Positions 48,917 to 58,374 of a stretch of 64,000 nucleotides of DNA are shown here, piece by piece; positions within the stretch are counted from its first letter, which is position 1, and every line of letters begins with the position of its first letter. Under the pieces are notes generated by a model. The model was given only the letters and a program-made list of their open reading frames with translations. It did not search any database and was not told the DNA's origin. Position numbers and translations under genes: made by a program. The DNA is from an uncultured Gammaproteobacteria bacterium (GTDB taxonomy: Bacteria; Patescibacteriota; Microgenomatia; Levybacterales; UBA12049), in the NCBI GenBank assembly GCA_964474445.1, contig CAYYSJ010000001.1, positions 142,530-206,529 on the forward strand, written 5' to 3'.

Positions 48917-50179
48917 ATGGCAAAAATAAAGCAAATTATTGCACGAGAGGTGCTTAATTCCAAAGGGATTCCAACGATTGAGACAACTATTGTGCTGCAA
49001 AACGGTATAACTGCTATTGCCTCTGTTCCATCCGGTATATCCATTGGAACGTATGAGGCTGTGGAAATACGAGATAAAGACCCGCAACGTTTTAGAGGAC
49101 TGGGGGTACTTAAGGCAATTGGAACTATCAATGAACTCATTGGTCCCAAACTTGTAGGGATGGAAGCTACCAAGCAACAGGAAATTGATAAAGCAATGAT
49201 TGAAATGGATGGTACGCAAAATAAATCGAGGCTTGGTGCAAATACAATTCTTTCCGTATCCATTGCTGTTGCGAAAGCTGCTGCTCTCAGTAATGTCATG
49301 CCACTCTTTTTATATCTCCGTCAATTTTTAACAACGAAAACTACTTCTCTTCTCCTTCCCACACCACTGATTAATATGATCGAAGGGGGAAAACACATCT
49401 CAGGAACACTTGATTTTGAAGAATTTTTTATTCTTCCTGCTACGTCAAAAACATATTCTGAAAACTTACAAATAGGAACAACAATCTATACAGCTCTTTC
49501 TGATATGCTCCGGACGAATGGATTATCCATTTTAACAGGAGATATGGGTGCTTTTAGCCCCCAAGTGAGATCAAACTATGATGCACTGTCTCTTCTTTCT
49601 CAAGCAGTTGAAACAACGAACTATAGAATGGGATTTGACGTCTTTTTGGGAGTGAATGCGGCTGCAAACTTATTTTATGCAAACCAACAGTATAGGATTC
49701 ATGACAAGCAAATGAATCTTTCCAGTAAAAATTTTATCGAGTATTATGCAGAACTCGTAAAACAGTTTCGAGTTTTGTATCTTGAAGATATTTTGGCAGA
49801 AGATGATTGGGATGGATGGCAACAAGCAGTCAGTGTATTAGGACCCTCAGCAATGGTTGTTGGGGATGATCTCACCGCAACAAATCCATACCGCTTGCAA
49901 ATGGCACTTGAGAAAAAAGCAATTACCGCTATTGTGATAAAACCAAATCAAATAGGAACAGTCATTGAATCCCTTGCTGTTGCAGAAGTAGCACGTGCGT
50001 CAGGATTAAAAATTGTTGTTTCTCACCGAGGACAGGAGACAAATGATACGTTTATCGCTGATTTTGCAGTAGGGGTTGGAGCAGAATACTGTAAATTGGG
50101 TGCACCGGTACGGGGAGAACGAGTTGTGAAATATAACAGACTTTTGCAAATCGAACAGCAACTAAAGGCATTAAAGTAA
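48917..50179 (+). CDS. enolase-family paralog with substituted catalytic residues
   Basis: Aligns end-to-end with the canonical enolase. It has GDMGAFSP instead of GDEGGYAP and FLGVNAAAN instead of LALDVASSE. It retains IKPNQIG, VVGDDL, LEDILAEDDW and SHRGQETNDT. Confidence 0.75.
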   Translation: MAKIKQIIAREVLNSKGIPTIETTIVLQNGITAIASVPSGISIGTYEAVEIRDKDPQRFRGLGVLKAIGTINELIGPKLVGMEATKQQEIDKAMIEMDGTQNKSRLGANTILSVSIAVAKAAALSNVMPLFLYLRQFLTTKTTSLLLPTPLINMIEGGKHISGTLDFEEFFILPATSKTYSENLQIGTTIYTALSDMLRTNGLSILTGDMGAFSPQVRSNYDALSLLSQAVETTNYRMGFDVFLGVNAAANLFYANQQYRIHDKQMNLSSKNFIEYYAELVKQFRVLYLEDILAEDDWDGWQQAVSVLGPSAMVVGDDLTATNPYRLQMALEKKAITAIVIKPNQIGTVIESLAVAEVARASGLKIVVSHRGQETNDTFIADFAVGVGAEYCKLGAPVRGERVVKYNRLLQIEQQLKALK

Positions 50180-50210
50180 CGATGAGGGAATGCTTTTTGG
50201 ACAAAACACA

Positions 50211-50927
50211 TTACCTTCCTGTTTGGAGTAGCACAACAAATTCTCCTTTTGGAGAGTGTTTTGTGAAATGATCTTTTGCTTTTTCCAACGTGGTATGTAG
50301 TACTTCCTCGTATACTTTTGTTAATTCCCGTGCGAAAACAACTTCTTTCTCTTTACCAAAGACTTCAGTCATTTCATCAATTGTTCCAACAATTCGATGT
50401 GGTGCTTCAAAAAAAATAAGTGTTGTTTTCACGGTCTCACCTATTTGTACTAGTGATTTCCAAAATGCTTGTCTATGTCCTTCTTTTTTCGGAGGGTATC
50501 CAAGAAAGAAAAATTTATCGGTTGGTAAACCGCTCACAACAAGTGCTGTAATGACGCTTGATGGTCCTGGAAACGATTCTACCTTTATTCCCTGAGCGAT
50601 ACACTCCCTCACTAATTTAAACCCTGGATCAGAAATGCCAGGGGTACCTGCATCTGAAACCAACACGACATCTGTTCCTGTCTTGAGAATTTCAATAATC
50701 TCTGGTGTTTTTTGTGTTTCTACTTGATCGTAATATGACAACAGACGAGGTTTTATCGCTTCCTGATATCCGCTAAACAGTTTGGCAATTTCTTTAAGCA
50801 ATATTCCGGTACGCCTTGTATCTTCACAGGCAATGACTTGTGCAGTTAGCAACGTCCGAGCAGCCCGAAGACTAATGTCTTGCAAGTTACCTATTGGAGT
50901 TGCTACAATCAGTAAAGTTCCGAACAT
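50211..50927 (-). CDS. rsmI: 16S rRNA (cytidine1402-2'-O)-methyltransferase
   Basis: TLLIVATPIGNLQDIS...VIACEDTRRT is the RsmI N-terminus. The ATG at 50927 is preferred; the ORF-track start at 50939 is a TTG. Confidence 0.8.
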   Translation of the reverse strand: MFGTLLIVATPIGNLQDISLRAARTLLTAQVIACEDTRRTGILLKEIAKLFSGYQEAIKPRLLSYYDQVETQKTPEIIEILKTGTDVVLVSDAGTPGISDPGFKLVRECIAQGIKVESFPGPSSVITALVVSGLPTDKFFFLGYPPKKEGHRQAFWKSLVQIGETVKTTLIFFEAPHRIVGTIDEMTEVFGKEKEVVFARELTKVYEEVLHTTLEKAKDHFTKHSPKGEFVVLLQTGR

Positions 50928-51557
50928 ATGGTAGCTCAATTATCAGCATATATTATACATCTTATCTCCCAAGCAGGCTACCTTGCTGTTTTTATCTTGA
51001 TGACGCTTGAATCAGCCCTTCTTCCTATTCCATCAGAAGTAACAATGCCATTTGCGGGATTTTTAGCACAAGGAGGACAGCTGAATTTCTGGCTTGTTGT
51101 CTTCTTGGGAGCAGTAGGAAATCTAGCAGGTTCACTTATTGCCTACGCAGTAGGGTTCTACCTTGAAGAAAGCCTCATTCTATCACTTATCAAACGATAC
51201 GGAAAATTTATTTTAGTGACGGAACATGAGTATCTGCGAGCAGTCAAATGGTTTGGAAAATATGGCAGCCCAATTGCCTTTTTCAGTAGACTATTACCTG
51301 TAGTCAGGACATTTATTTCTCTTCCTGCAGGACTTTCTGAAATGAATGTATGGAAATTTTCCTTTTATACATTTGCAGGTTCTTTCATTTGGTCAGCATT
51401 TTTAACTGGCATTGGATTTTATTTAGGAACAAAATGGAATTCCCTTGAACCATACTTTAAAAAGTTTCAGTATGCTATTTTGGCACTCATTATTGTTGGT
51501 ATCCTTTGGTATGTGAATCACAAGCTAAAGCTTATAAAATTTGGCAAGAAATCTTAA
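50928..51557 (+). CDS. DedA (SNARE-associated / VTT-domain) family membrane protein
   Basis: GYLAVFILMTLESALLPIPSEV and downstream TM helices are typical of DedA. Confidence 0.7.
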   Translation: MVAQLSAYIIHLISQAGYLAVFILMTLESALLPIPSEVTMPFAGFLAQGGQLNFWLVVFLGAVGNLAGSLIAYAVGFYLEESLILSLIKRYGKFILVTEHEYLRAVKWFGKYGSPIAFFSRLLPVVRTFISLPAGLSEMNVWKFSFYTFAGSFIWSAFLTGIGFYLGTKWNSLEPYFKKFQYAILALIIVGILWYVNHKLKLIKFGKKS

Positions 51558-51836
51558 TCAACTCACTCTTCTGTTATCCTCAAAGTAAAGTCTTACCACT
51601 TCTTTTGTTTATCTTTGCTACGCTTTTTGTAATGAAACGACCTGAGCTAGAAAGAAGAGAACGATTGCTTGACCGATTAACAAAACAGTATGCAGAACTT
51701 TCTCGGCAAGTGCATGAAGGAAATAGAACACCCTCTACAGTGAATTCTCTTCGCAGAACTGGACGAATCATGAATAATCTTGGATTTGGACACATGATTT
51801 CTGAAATAGCTGAAGGAGTAACAAATAAAAAGTAGA

Positions 51837-52466
51837 TTAACTGAATCTTCTCACAAGCCCCACGACCCGACCTTGAAGAAGAAGTCTGTTTGGATAGATA
51901 GGTTGCATTGTAGAATTTGCAGGTTTTAGAACAATTCGTCCTGCTTCGTGATAGAATTTTTTCAGTGTTGCTAAATTATCATCAACAAGTGCAACAACAA
52001 TGTCCCCATTGTGAACTTCTTTTTCTTTCTCGATAATCACATAGTCACCGTCTAAAATACCATCTTCAATAAGGGATTCTCCCTTTACCTGCAGTACATA
52101 TGCTGTTTTTTCTCCGGAGAGCATAGAAGCAGAGACTTGGAAGGTTGCATTCGGATCTGTGTGTGGCTCTAAAGGCTTTCCCGCTGCAATATAGCCCATG
52201 AGAGGAAGTTCAATGGATGGCATATTGCCCCGCATCACATTGTTGATTTTCTGGTCAATCACTTTAAGAACTCGCGCGTTTCCTTCTACCTTTTGAATAT
52301 ATCCTTTATCAACAAGGGAGCGAATAAGTGTATGGACTGTAGAATTTGCTTTGTGACCTGTTGCTTTTGCAATTTCAGAAAGGGTCGGAGAGAACCCATA
52401 TTGATTTTGAAATTGCACTAAAAATTCTAAAACTTCTCTTTCTTTTTTATATAAAACTCCTGGCAT
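51837..52466 (-). CDS. lexA: LexA repressor
   Basis: N-terminal winged helix (LSEIAKATGHKANSTVHTLIRSLVDKGYIQK). The C-terminal S24 peptidase has catalytic Ser in GESLIEDGI and Lys in ATLKKF. Confidence 0.8.
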   Translation of the reverse strand: MPGVLYKKEREVLEFLVQFQNQYGFSPTLSEIAKATGHKANSTVHTLIRSLVDKGYIQKVEGNARVLKVIDQKINNVMRGNMPSIELPLMGYIAAGKPLEPHTDPNATFQVSASMLSGEKTAYVLQVKGESLIEDGILDGDYVIIEKEKEVHNGDIVVALVDDNLATLKKFYHEAGRIVLKPANSTMQPIYPNRLLLQGRVVGLVRRFS

Positions 52467-52675
52467 AGATAAAATGAGACTAGTGTTTGCCCGAAGGTGG
52501 TAGGGTCGGGCAGAACAAATATCTTACTATTATTTTATACGAAGATTCGAGTATTTTTGTCAACAGAACAAAGGAATACAATTACCAACCTAACTAGATC
52601 AATTAAACAAAATTCGAAGAATACATATATCTATGGTAAAATACACCTACCTCTTAAACATTTTCAACAAAGCGT
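52467..52675. promoter_or_regulatory. divergent lexA-uvrB control region (putative SOS operator/promoters)
   Basis: A 209-bp spacer between divergent lexA and uvrB. It contains the hairpin GCCCGA-(11 nt)-TCGGGC, two copies of AGAACAAA about 65 bp apart, and a CGAA-GA-TTCG mini-palindrome. No canonical Cheo box (CGAACRNRYGTTCG) or E. coli-type CTGT-N8-ACAG is present. Confidence 0.3.
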
Positions 52676-54682
52676 ATGAATTTTAAGTTACAATCACAAT
52701 TCAAACCTTCTGGAGATCAACCGCAAGCAATTGCACATCTTACAGAAAGTCTAGAAAAGGAAAGCGACCACCAAGTTCTTCTTGGAGTGACTGGCTCTGG
52801 AAAAACCTATACCATGGCACAGGTTATTCAAAATGTCCAGAAGCCGACACTTATCATTTCTCATAATAAAACACTTGCTGGACAACTCTACCAGGAATTT
52901 CGAGAGTTTTTCCCTGAAAACTCAGTCAACTATTTTGTCTCCTACTATGACTATTACCAACCAGAAGCATATGTTCCAACAACAGACACGTATATCGAAA
53001 AAGAAGCAGAAATAAATGAAGAAATCGATAAGCTTCGACTTTCTGCAACAGCCAATCTTTTGACAAGAAAAGATGTTATTGTTGTTGCTTCTGTAAGCTG
53101 TATCTATAACATTGGTTCTCCTGTTGAATATGGAAAATTTGTATTGGAATTAAAGCCGGGAATGAAAATAGAACAACGGGATATTATGTTGCGCTTGGCA
53201 GACTTACAGTATGAGCGCTATGATTTCGGGATGAAACGCGGTTCATTTCGAGTGAGGGGAGAAAGCATCGATCTTTTCCCTGCATATCAAGATACCGGAC
53301 TTCGCATCGATATGAATAATGGGAAAGTCGCTGCTCTGGTAGAATTTGATCCCCTGACTGGTGATACTCTCCAAACAATTTCTGGGACTGTTGTTTACCC
53401 AGCAAAACATTTTATGACAGACCCAAAAACCTATGACGGCGTCTTTCCCCAAATTAGACAGGAAATGGAAAAAAGAGTTGCAGAGTTAAAAGTTCAAGGG
53501 AAATTAGTCGAAGCACAAAGACTTCAACAAAGAACAAATTATGATTTAGAAATGATTCGAGAAGTAGGATATGTGAATGGTATTGAAAACTACTCTCGGT
53601 ATTTTGACGGACGGAATCCAGGAGATCCACCATATACCCTTCTTGATTACATGAAAGCATGTAGCAATGATTGGCTTTTAGTGGTTGACGAATCACATAT
53701 TACCATGCCGCAAATCCGCGGTATGTACAATGGGGATAGAGCCAGAAAAGAAACTCTTATTGAATACGGTTTTCGACTTCCCTCCGCGCTTGATAACAGA
53801 CCTCTTCGATTCGAAGAATTCATGACACGGGTTAACCAGGCAGTGTATGTGTCTGCAACTCCAGATGAGTATGAATTATCCCTTGCTACGGGCAGTGGAG
53901 GCATTGCAGAACAACTTATTCGACCAACAGGCATTGTCGACCCGGAAATTGTTGTAAAGCCAACAGAGGGGCAAATTAATGACCTTCTAAATGAAATTCA
54001 AAAGCGTGTAGAGAAACACCAAAGAGTCCTGGTAACAACACTTACCAAACGAATGTCTGAAGAACTGTCAGATTATTTAGAGGAAAGAGGAATTAAGGTA
54101 GCCTATATCCACTCAGATATTGAAACACTGAACAGGCAAGATATTTTAGACAACCTGCGTCGTGGTGAATATGACGTCTTAGTTGGCATTAATTTACTTC
54201 GTGAAGGACTTGATTTACCAGAAGTAACACTTGTTGCTATTCTGGACGCTGACAAAGAAGGGTTTTTGCGAAGCCGCACTTCCCTTATTCAGACAATGGG
54301 TCGTGCTGCAAGAAATATAGACTCACAGGTTATTCTCTACGCAGATAGAACAACAAAGTCTATGCAGGCAGCAATTGATGAGGTTGAAAGACGACGAAAA
54401 ATTCAAATTGAATTTAATGAAAAACATGGCATAACACCAACAGCTATTGAAAAGGCCATTCGCGCACGACTTTACGAAGAAGACACTGAGGAGGAAGAAC
54501 ATCCATCTCTCAGACCTTTATCAGATGTCCTCAAACTGGCTGATAAAGAAGTTTTATTACCTGATGAAAAGGAAGCTGTGATAAAAAGACTTCGTAAAGA
54601 AATGACTGCTGCAGCTAAAAATTTGGATTTTGAAACAGCTGCCAGACTGCGGGATAGAATTCGAAGCATCCAAAATGGATAA
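52676..54682 (+). CDS. uvrB: excinuclease ABC subunit B
   Basis: GVTGSGKTYTMA Walker A, YYDYYQPEAY beta-hairpin region, helicase motifs, C-terminal UVR domain (..ETAARLRDRI..). Confidence 0.9.
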   Translation: MNFKLQSQFKPSGDQPQAIAHLTESLEKESDHQVLLGVTGSGKTYTMAQVIQNVQKPTLIISHNKTLAGQLYQEFREFFPENSVNYFVSYYDYYQPEAYVPTTDTYIEKEAEINEEIDKLRLSATANLLTRKDVIVVASVSCIYNIGSPVEYGKFVLELKPGMKIEQRDIMLRLADLQYERYDFGMKRGSFRVRGESIDLFPAYQDTGLRIDMNNGKVAALVEFDPLTGDTLQTISGTVVYPAKHFMTDPKTYDGVFPQIRQEMEKRVAELKVQGKLVEAQRLQQRTNYDLEMIREVGYVNGIENYSRYFDGRNPGDPPYTLLDYMKACSNDWLLVVDESHITMPQIRGMYNGDRARKETLIEYGFRLPSALDNRPLRFEEFMTRVNQAVYVSATPDEYELSLATGSGGIAEQLIRPTGIVDPEIVVKPTEGQINDLLNEIQKRVEKHQRVLVTTLTKRMSEELSDYLEERGIKVAYIHSDIETLNRQDILDNLRRGEYDVLVGINLLREGLDLPEVTLVAILDADKEGFLRSRTSLIQTMGRAARNIDSQVILYADRTTKSMQAAIDEVERRRKIQIEFNEKHGITPTAIEKAIRARLYEEDTEEEEHPSLRPLSDVLKLADKEVLLPDEKEAVIKRLRKEMTAAAKNLDFETAARLRDRIRSIQNG

Positions 54683-54728
54683 TTATGTATCCAAGACTAG
54701 GGTGAAAACTAAGAATTTACTAGGGGGG

Positions 54729-55022
54729 TTAGTTATTTGTCTTTGTCTTTCGGAGGAATGAAAGATGAGATTTTCTGACTTTTTTAGCTTTAAAATATTT
54801 GCCTTTTACAACTACTTTATCAAGAAGTGGAGACATCATTGGCCATGTTCTTTCAACAGCAATATCTCCTACCATTTTCTGGACTGAGAAAGACCTATTT
54901 TCACCTCGGCCTTTAATATCCAAAACAACGCCTTCAAAAACCTGAATTCTTGTTTTGTCGCCTTCTTGAATTTTCTGGAATACTCGTACAATGTCGCCAG
55001 GAACAAATGTTACATCAATCAT
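54729..55022 (-). CDS. rplS: 50S ribosomal protein L19
   Basis: ..FVPGDIVRVFQKIQEGDKTRIQVFEGVV...FSVQK..G.AVERTWP.MSP... is the L19 pattern. Start set at the ATG at 55022; the ORF-track start at 55058 is TTG. Confidence 0.7.
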   Translation of the reverse strand: MIDVTFVPGDIVRVFQKIQEGDKTRIQVFEGVVLDIKGRGENRSFSVQKMVGDIAVERTWPMMSPLLDKVVVKGKYFKAKKVRKSHLSFLRKTKTNN

Positions 55023-55089
55023 GAACACAATTATACAATATTCTCTTTCTTTTAACAATTAGTTAGTTTTACTGGATTCGCCTTTATAC

Positions 55090-56763
55090 CTATTTGCCTG
55101 CAGCTTTGATAAAGGCAACAAAAAGGGGATGTGGAGCAAGTGGCCTACTTTTATATTCTGGATGTCCTTGAGTCCCAATATAGAAAGGATGGACTTCTTT
55201 TGGTAACTCAATTATCTCAACAAGATTCTCTACTTTAGAACGTGCTGCAATGACAAGACCTGCTTTCTCCATGTCTTTAGCAAATTCATCATTAAATTCA
55301 TACCTGTGTCTATGTCTCTCTGAAGTAAGTCCTGTTTTTTCATCAATTGGACCACCATATTGTTTATAATACTCAAATGCCTGAGTCCCCTTTTTGACAA
55401 TGGCATCCCAGCTACCAAGCCTCATTGTTCCACCATAGGCACGCCGCTCCATTAATTCTTTCTGTGACGGGATAAGATGAATAACATTGTGTTTCCCTTT
55501 CGGACTATTTTCTTCTGTACTTGCATCTTTCCACCCAAGAACAGACCTTGCAAAAGCAACAACTGCAAGTTGCATACCATAACAAAGTCCCAGATATGGG
55601 ATTTTCTTTTCTCGAGCATAGGTTGCGGCTGCAATCATCCCCTCTGCACCTCTTTCACCCCATCCAATTGGGACTATAATACCATCAGGATTCCCTATCA
55701 CTTTCTCTGCACCTTCTTTTTCAACTTTTTCTGCACTTACCCACCGCGTTGTTACCTCTACGCCATCTTTCCACGCTGCATGATCTATTGCATCAAGCAG
55801 TGCAGCATACGCATCTCTCAGTTGATACTCACCCGTACCAAAGTATTTTCCAACAATAGCAATTTCTGCTTTTTTCTTTTTTGGAGCTTCAATTGACTTT
55901 ACTAAGTCTTTCCACTGTGTAAGATTGGCTTTCTTTACAGGAAGACCTAATTTTTTAAGGATTTTCGTTTCCAAATCTTGTTCGTGAAGTACCATTGGAA
56001 TTTCATAGGCAGAGGAAAGGTCTGGATTGGAAATAATATCTCCCTCGTGCATATTACAAAAAAGTGCAAATCGGTCCCTTCTTCTTTGATCAAGAAACTT
56101 CTCGGATCGTGCAACGATAAAGTCTGGTTGAATTCCCATTGAGTTAAGTGTTCTGACGGAAAGTTGTGTTGGTTTTGTCTTTGGCTCACCTAAGTGTTTT
56201 GGTGTTGGAACGTAGCTCACATGAATGTGAATAACATCTCCAGGGTTATGCCAGGACAAAATTCGTGATGCTTCATAATAGAAAATGTTTTGGTACTCTC
56301 CTGCTGTGCCCCCTAACTCAATCGTTACAACATCTGCTTTATTATCTACTCCTACCTTTTTAATCCTTCGAATAATTTCATCGGTGATATGAGGAATTGC
56401 TTCAACATCTTCTCCGTTATATTCAAATCGTCTCTCTCTTTCAATGACTGTTTGGTAGATTCTTCCCATGGTGACAAAATTTCCTTGTCCCATATCTTGA
56501 TTAAGGAATTTTTCATAACTGCCAATATCCATATCTGCTTCTGTTCCATCTTCACATAAAAAGGGGTCTCCGTGCTCAATAGGATTAATTGTTCCAGCAT
56601 CTAAATTGAGATAGTTTTCTACTTTAATGGGAGCGACTGTATATCCTGCTTGTTTGAGAAGAAGAGCAATAGAGGCGGCTGTTGTCCCCTTACCTATTCC
56701 GGAGATGAGACCACCGGATACAAAAATGTACTTTGTTCGTTTTTTAGAATTTCTAGCGGGCAC
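55090..56763 (-). CDS. pyrG: CTP synthase
   Basis: N-terminal synthetase domain (KYIFVSGGLISGIGKG) and C-terminal class-I glutamine amidotransferase (GLCYGMQ; HPEY). GTG start at 56763. Confidence 0.9.
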   Translation of the reverse strand: MPARNSKKRTKYIFVSGGLISGIGKGTTAASIALLLKQAGYTVAPIKVENYLNLDAGTINPIEHGDPFLCEDGTEADMDIGSYEKFLNQDMGQGNFVTMGRIYQTVIERERRFEYNGEDVEAIPHITDEIIRRIKKVGVDNKADVVTIELGGTAGEYQNIFYYEASRILSWHNPGDVIHIHVSYVPTPKHLGEPKTKPTQLSVRTLNSMGIQPDFIVARSEKFLDQRRRDRFALFCNMHEGDIISNPDLSSAYEIPMVLHEQDLETKILKKLGLPVKKANLTQWKDLVKSIEAPKKKKAEIAIVGKYFGTGEYQLRDAYAALLDAIDHAAWKDGVEVTTRWVSAEKVEKEGAEKVIGNPDGIIVPIGWGERGAEGMIAAATYAREKKIPYLGLCYGMQLAVVAFARSVLGWKDASTEENSPKGKHNVIHLIPSQKELMERRAYGGTMRLGSWDAIVKKGTQAFEYYKQYGGPIDEKTGLTSERHRHRYEFNDEFAKDMEKAGLVIAARSKVENLVEIIELPKEVHPFYIGTQGHPEYKSRPLAPHPLFVAFIKAAGK

Positions 56764-57114
56764 GATTCATACTAGCACACCATTTTAAAAATCGTCAAGA
56801 AGGTATTAGTGAATTTTTCTATAACAGAAGAGATCAAGATTGGTGCAGATAATTCGACTCCGTTTGAACGTATATCAACTGGATCTCTGATTTCTATTCC
56901 GAATTGCTCGTTCATAATCGATAAGATAAAGTGTTCCTTTGTCTATTATTTCCCGCAATTCAGAATGATCTATTCCATCACTATTGTAGCTTCTCCAGCT
57001 TTTAGTAGATGGAGCTCTTTTTGGGGCTGAATTTGAAAACAAAAATAGAAAGAAAATTCCGAAAAGTTTATTTTGGAAGCTATAAGTTTAAATGTACCCA
57101 ACCATTCGGATGGG

Positions 57115-57186
57115 AGCGGGCGACGAGAGTCGAACTCGCTACATTCTCCTTGGGAAGGAGACATTCTACCGGTGAACTACGCCCGC
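57115..57186 (-). tRNA. tRNA-Gly (anticodon CCC)
   Basis: Minus-strand cloverleaf: acceptor GCGGGCG/CGCCCGC, anticodon stem TCTCC/GGAGA with loop TTCCCAA (CCC), T arm GCGAG-TTCGACT-CTCGT. Confidence 0.75.
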
Positions 57187-57375
57187 AAAGTAATGAAAGT
57201 ATTGTAATACAAATAGTCTTTACAAACAATTATTTAAAAATCATAACGTTAACCCTTACTTCAGTAGGATAGATAATGTATGACTTACCCAATCATCCTT
57301 GAGTTTCATACAATACAAATCAGATATAATTTTCTGAAAAAAGACCAGGAGAGGTATAAAAACTGGTATAGGTAC

Positions 57376-58041
57376 CTACCGAGGAATTGTGAGAACATTT
57401 CCTGAGAAGATAAGACTTGGATCGGAAAGGTTATTTGCTTTTGCTATATCTACCCATTTATATCCATTTCCATATGCTCTAACAGCAATGTGCCATAAAT
57501 CATCGCCTTTTTCAACAGTATAGGTATTTCCACTGATTGCGTTTGTTTGAGCAACTTGTGTTGGAGTAGGTGTCACTGTCTTTGCTCCTGGAGTGACAGA
57601 GGGGATAACAAGCACGTTACCAACATGAATGGTACTTGGATCGGAAAGGTTATTCGCCTTTGCAATATCAACCCAGTTATACCCTGACTGATAAAACTTC
57701 TCAGCAATATTCCACAAATCATCCCCTTGACGAACTGTATATGTTTTTTGACCTTCATTCAGCTGTGTCGGAGTATTAGTAGGTATTGTTGTAACAGCGG
57801 GAGTTGCCTGAATTGAGGAAGTCTCCTGAATATTTCTATGTTGCCTTATAAGAGTAACACCAAAGAGTACGCCAATAACAACGACAACAAGACCAAGTAA
57901 GAAACTTGTATAGGATTCTCCCCATTTCCATTGAGAGATACCAAATGTTTTTTTTGTTACACCCTCTTCATGAACGGTTGTTTTTTCTGTTCGAACTTTT
58001 CGGGTTCTTCTTGTTGGTTTTTCAATCTTTTTCCGTGGCAT
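57376..58041 (-). CDS. membrane-anchored protein with two LysM peptidoglycan-binding domains
   Basis: Basic N-terminus and one TM helix. Two repeats of TYTV..GDDLW.IA...Y..GY.W.DIAKANNLSDPS.I..GNVL.IP. Confidence 0.7.
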   Translation of the reverse strand: MPRKKIEKPTRRTRKVRTEKTTVHEEGVTKKTFGISQWKWGESYTSFLLGLVVVVIGVLFGVTLIRQHRNIQETSSIQATPAVTTIPTNTPTQLNEGQKTYTVRQGDDLWNIAEKFYQSGYNWVDIAKANNLSDPSTIHVGNVLVIPSVTPGAKTVTPTPTQVAQTNAISGNTYTVEKGDDLWHIAVRAYGNGYKWVDIAKANNLSDPSLIFSGNVLTIPR

Positions 58042-58164
58042 ATAATTATGGGACAGAAGGCAGAGATTTGACTATATACGAAACGAGCACCATTGTCAAA
58101 ATATCAAAGTGAGTCAAAATAGTACTCTTGCAGATTGTATATAGGAAATTTTATAAAATATTGG

Positions 58165-58238
58165 CGGGATGGACGGGACTCGAACCCGCGACCTCCTCCG
58201 TGACAGGGAGGCGCTCTAACCAACTGAGCTACCACCCC
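58165..58238 (-). tRNA. tRNA-Asp (anticodon GUC)
   Basis: Minus-strand cloverleaf: acceptor GGGGTGG/CCATCCC, anticodon stem CCTCC/GGAGG with loop CTGTCAC (GTC), T arm GCGGG-TTCGAGT-CCCGT. CCA is encoded at 58162-58164. Confidence 0.8.
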
Positions 58239-58374
58239 AATTACAAATCAAGCAGTAAGAATGCTAGATTCAAGAATTAGGTACTGTCAATTCTAACAAA
58301 TATTTGAACTTCAAGCAATCCTCTGATATGCTATTCATGAACTCGAACATATCAAAAGATCTGTTTCTGAGTGG

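Noticed and set aside
51506-51835. 109-aa plus-strand ORF overlapping the end of dedA; the shorter 67-codon version from the ATG at 51632 was also considered
   Set aside because: It has no homology signal I can recognise and overlaps dedA in its long form. The short form (MKRPELERRERLLDRL...) might be a real small protein, but the evidence is too thin to call it.
52467-52675. Search for a canonical LexA (Cheo) box in the lexA-uvrB spacer
   Set aside because: No CGAACRNRYGTTCG or CTGT-N8-ACAG element was found by eye. The spacer is reported only as a candidate regulatory region with other repeats.
56809-57030. Short plus-strand ORFs (73 aa and others) in the pyrG-tRNA-Gly gap
   Set aside because: No RBS and no recognisable sequence features. 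The region is better explained as the pyrG leader (minus strand).
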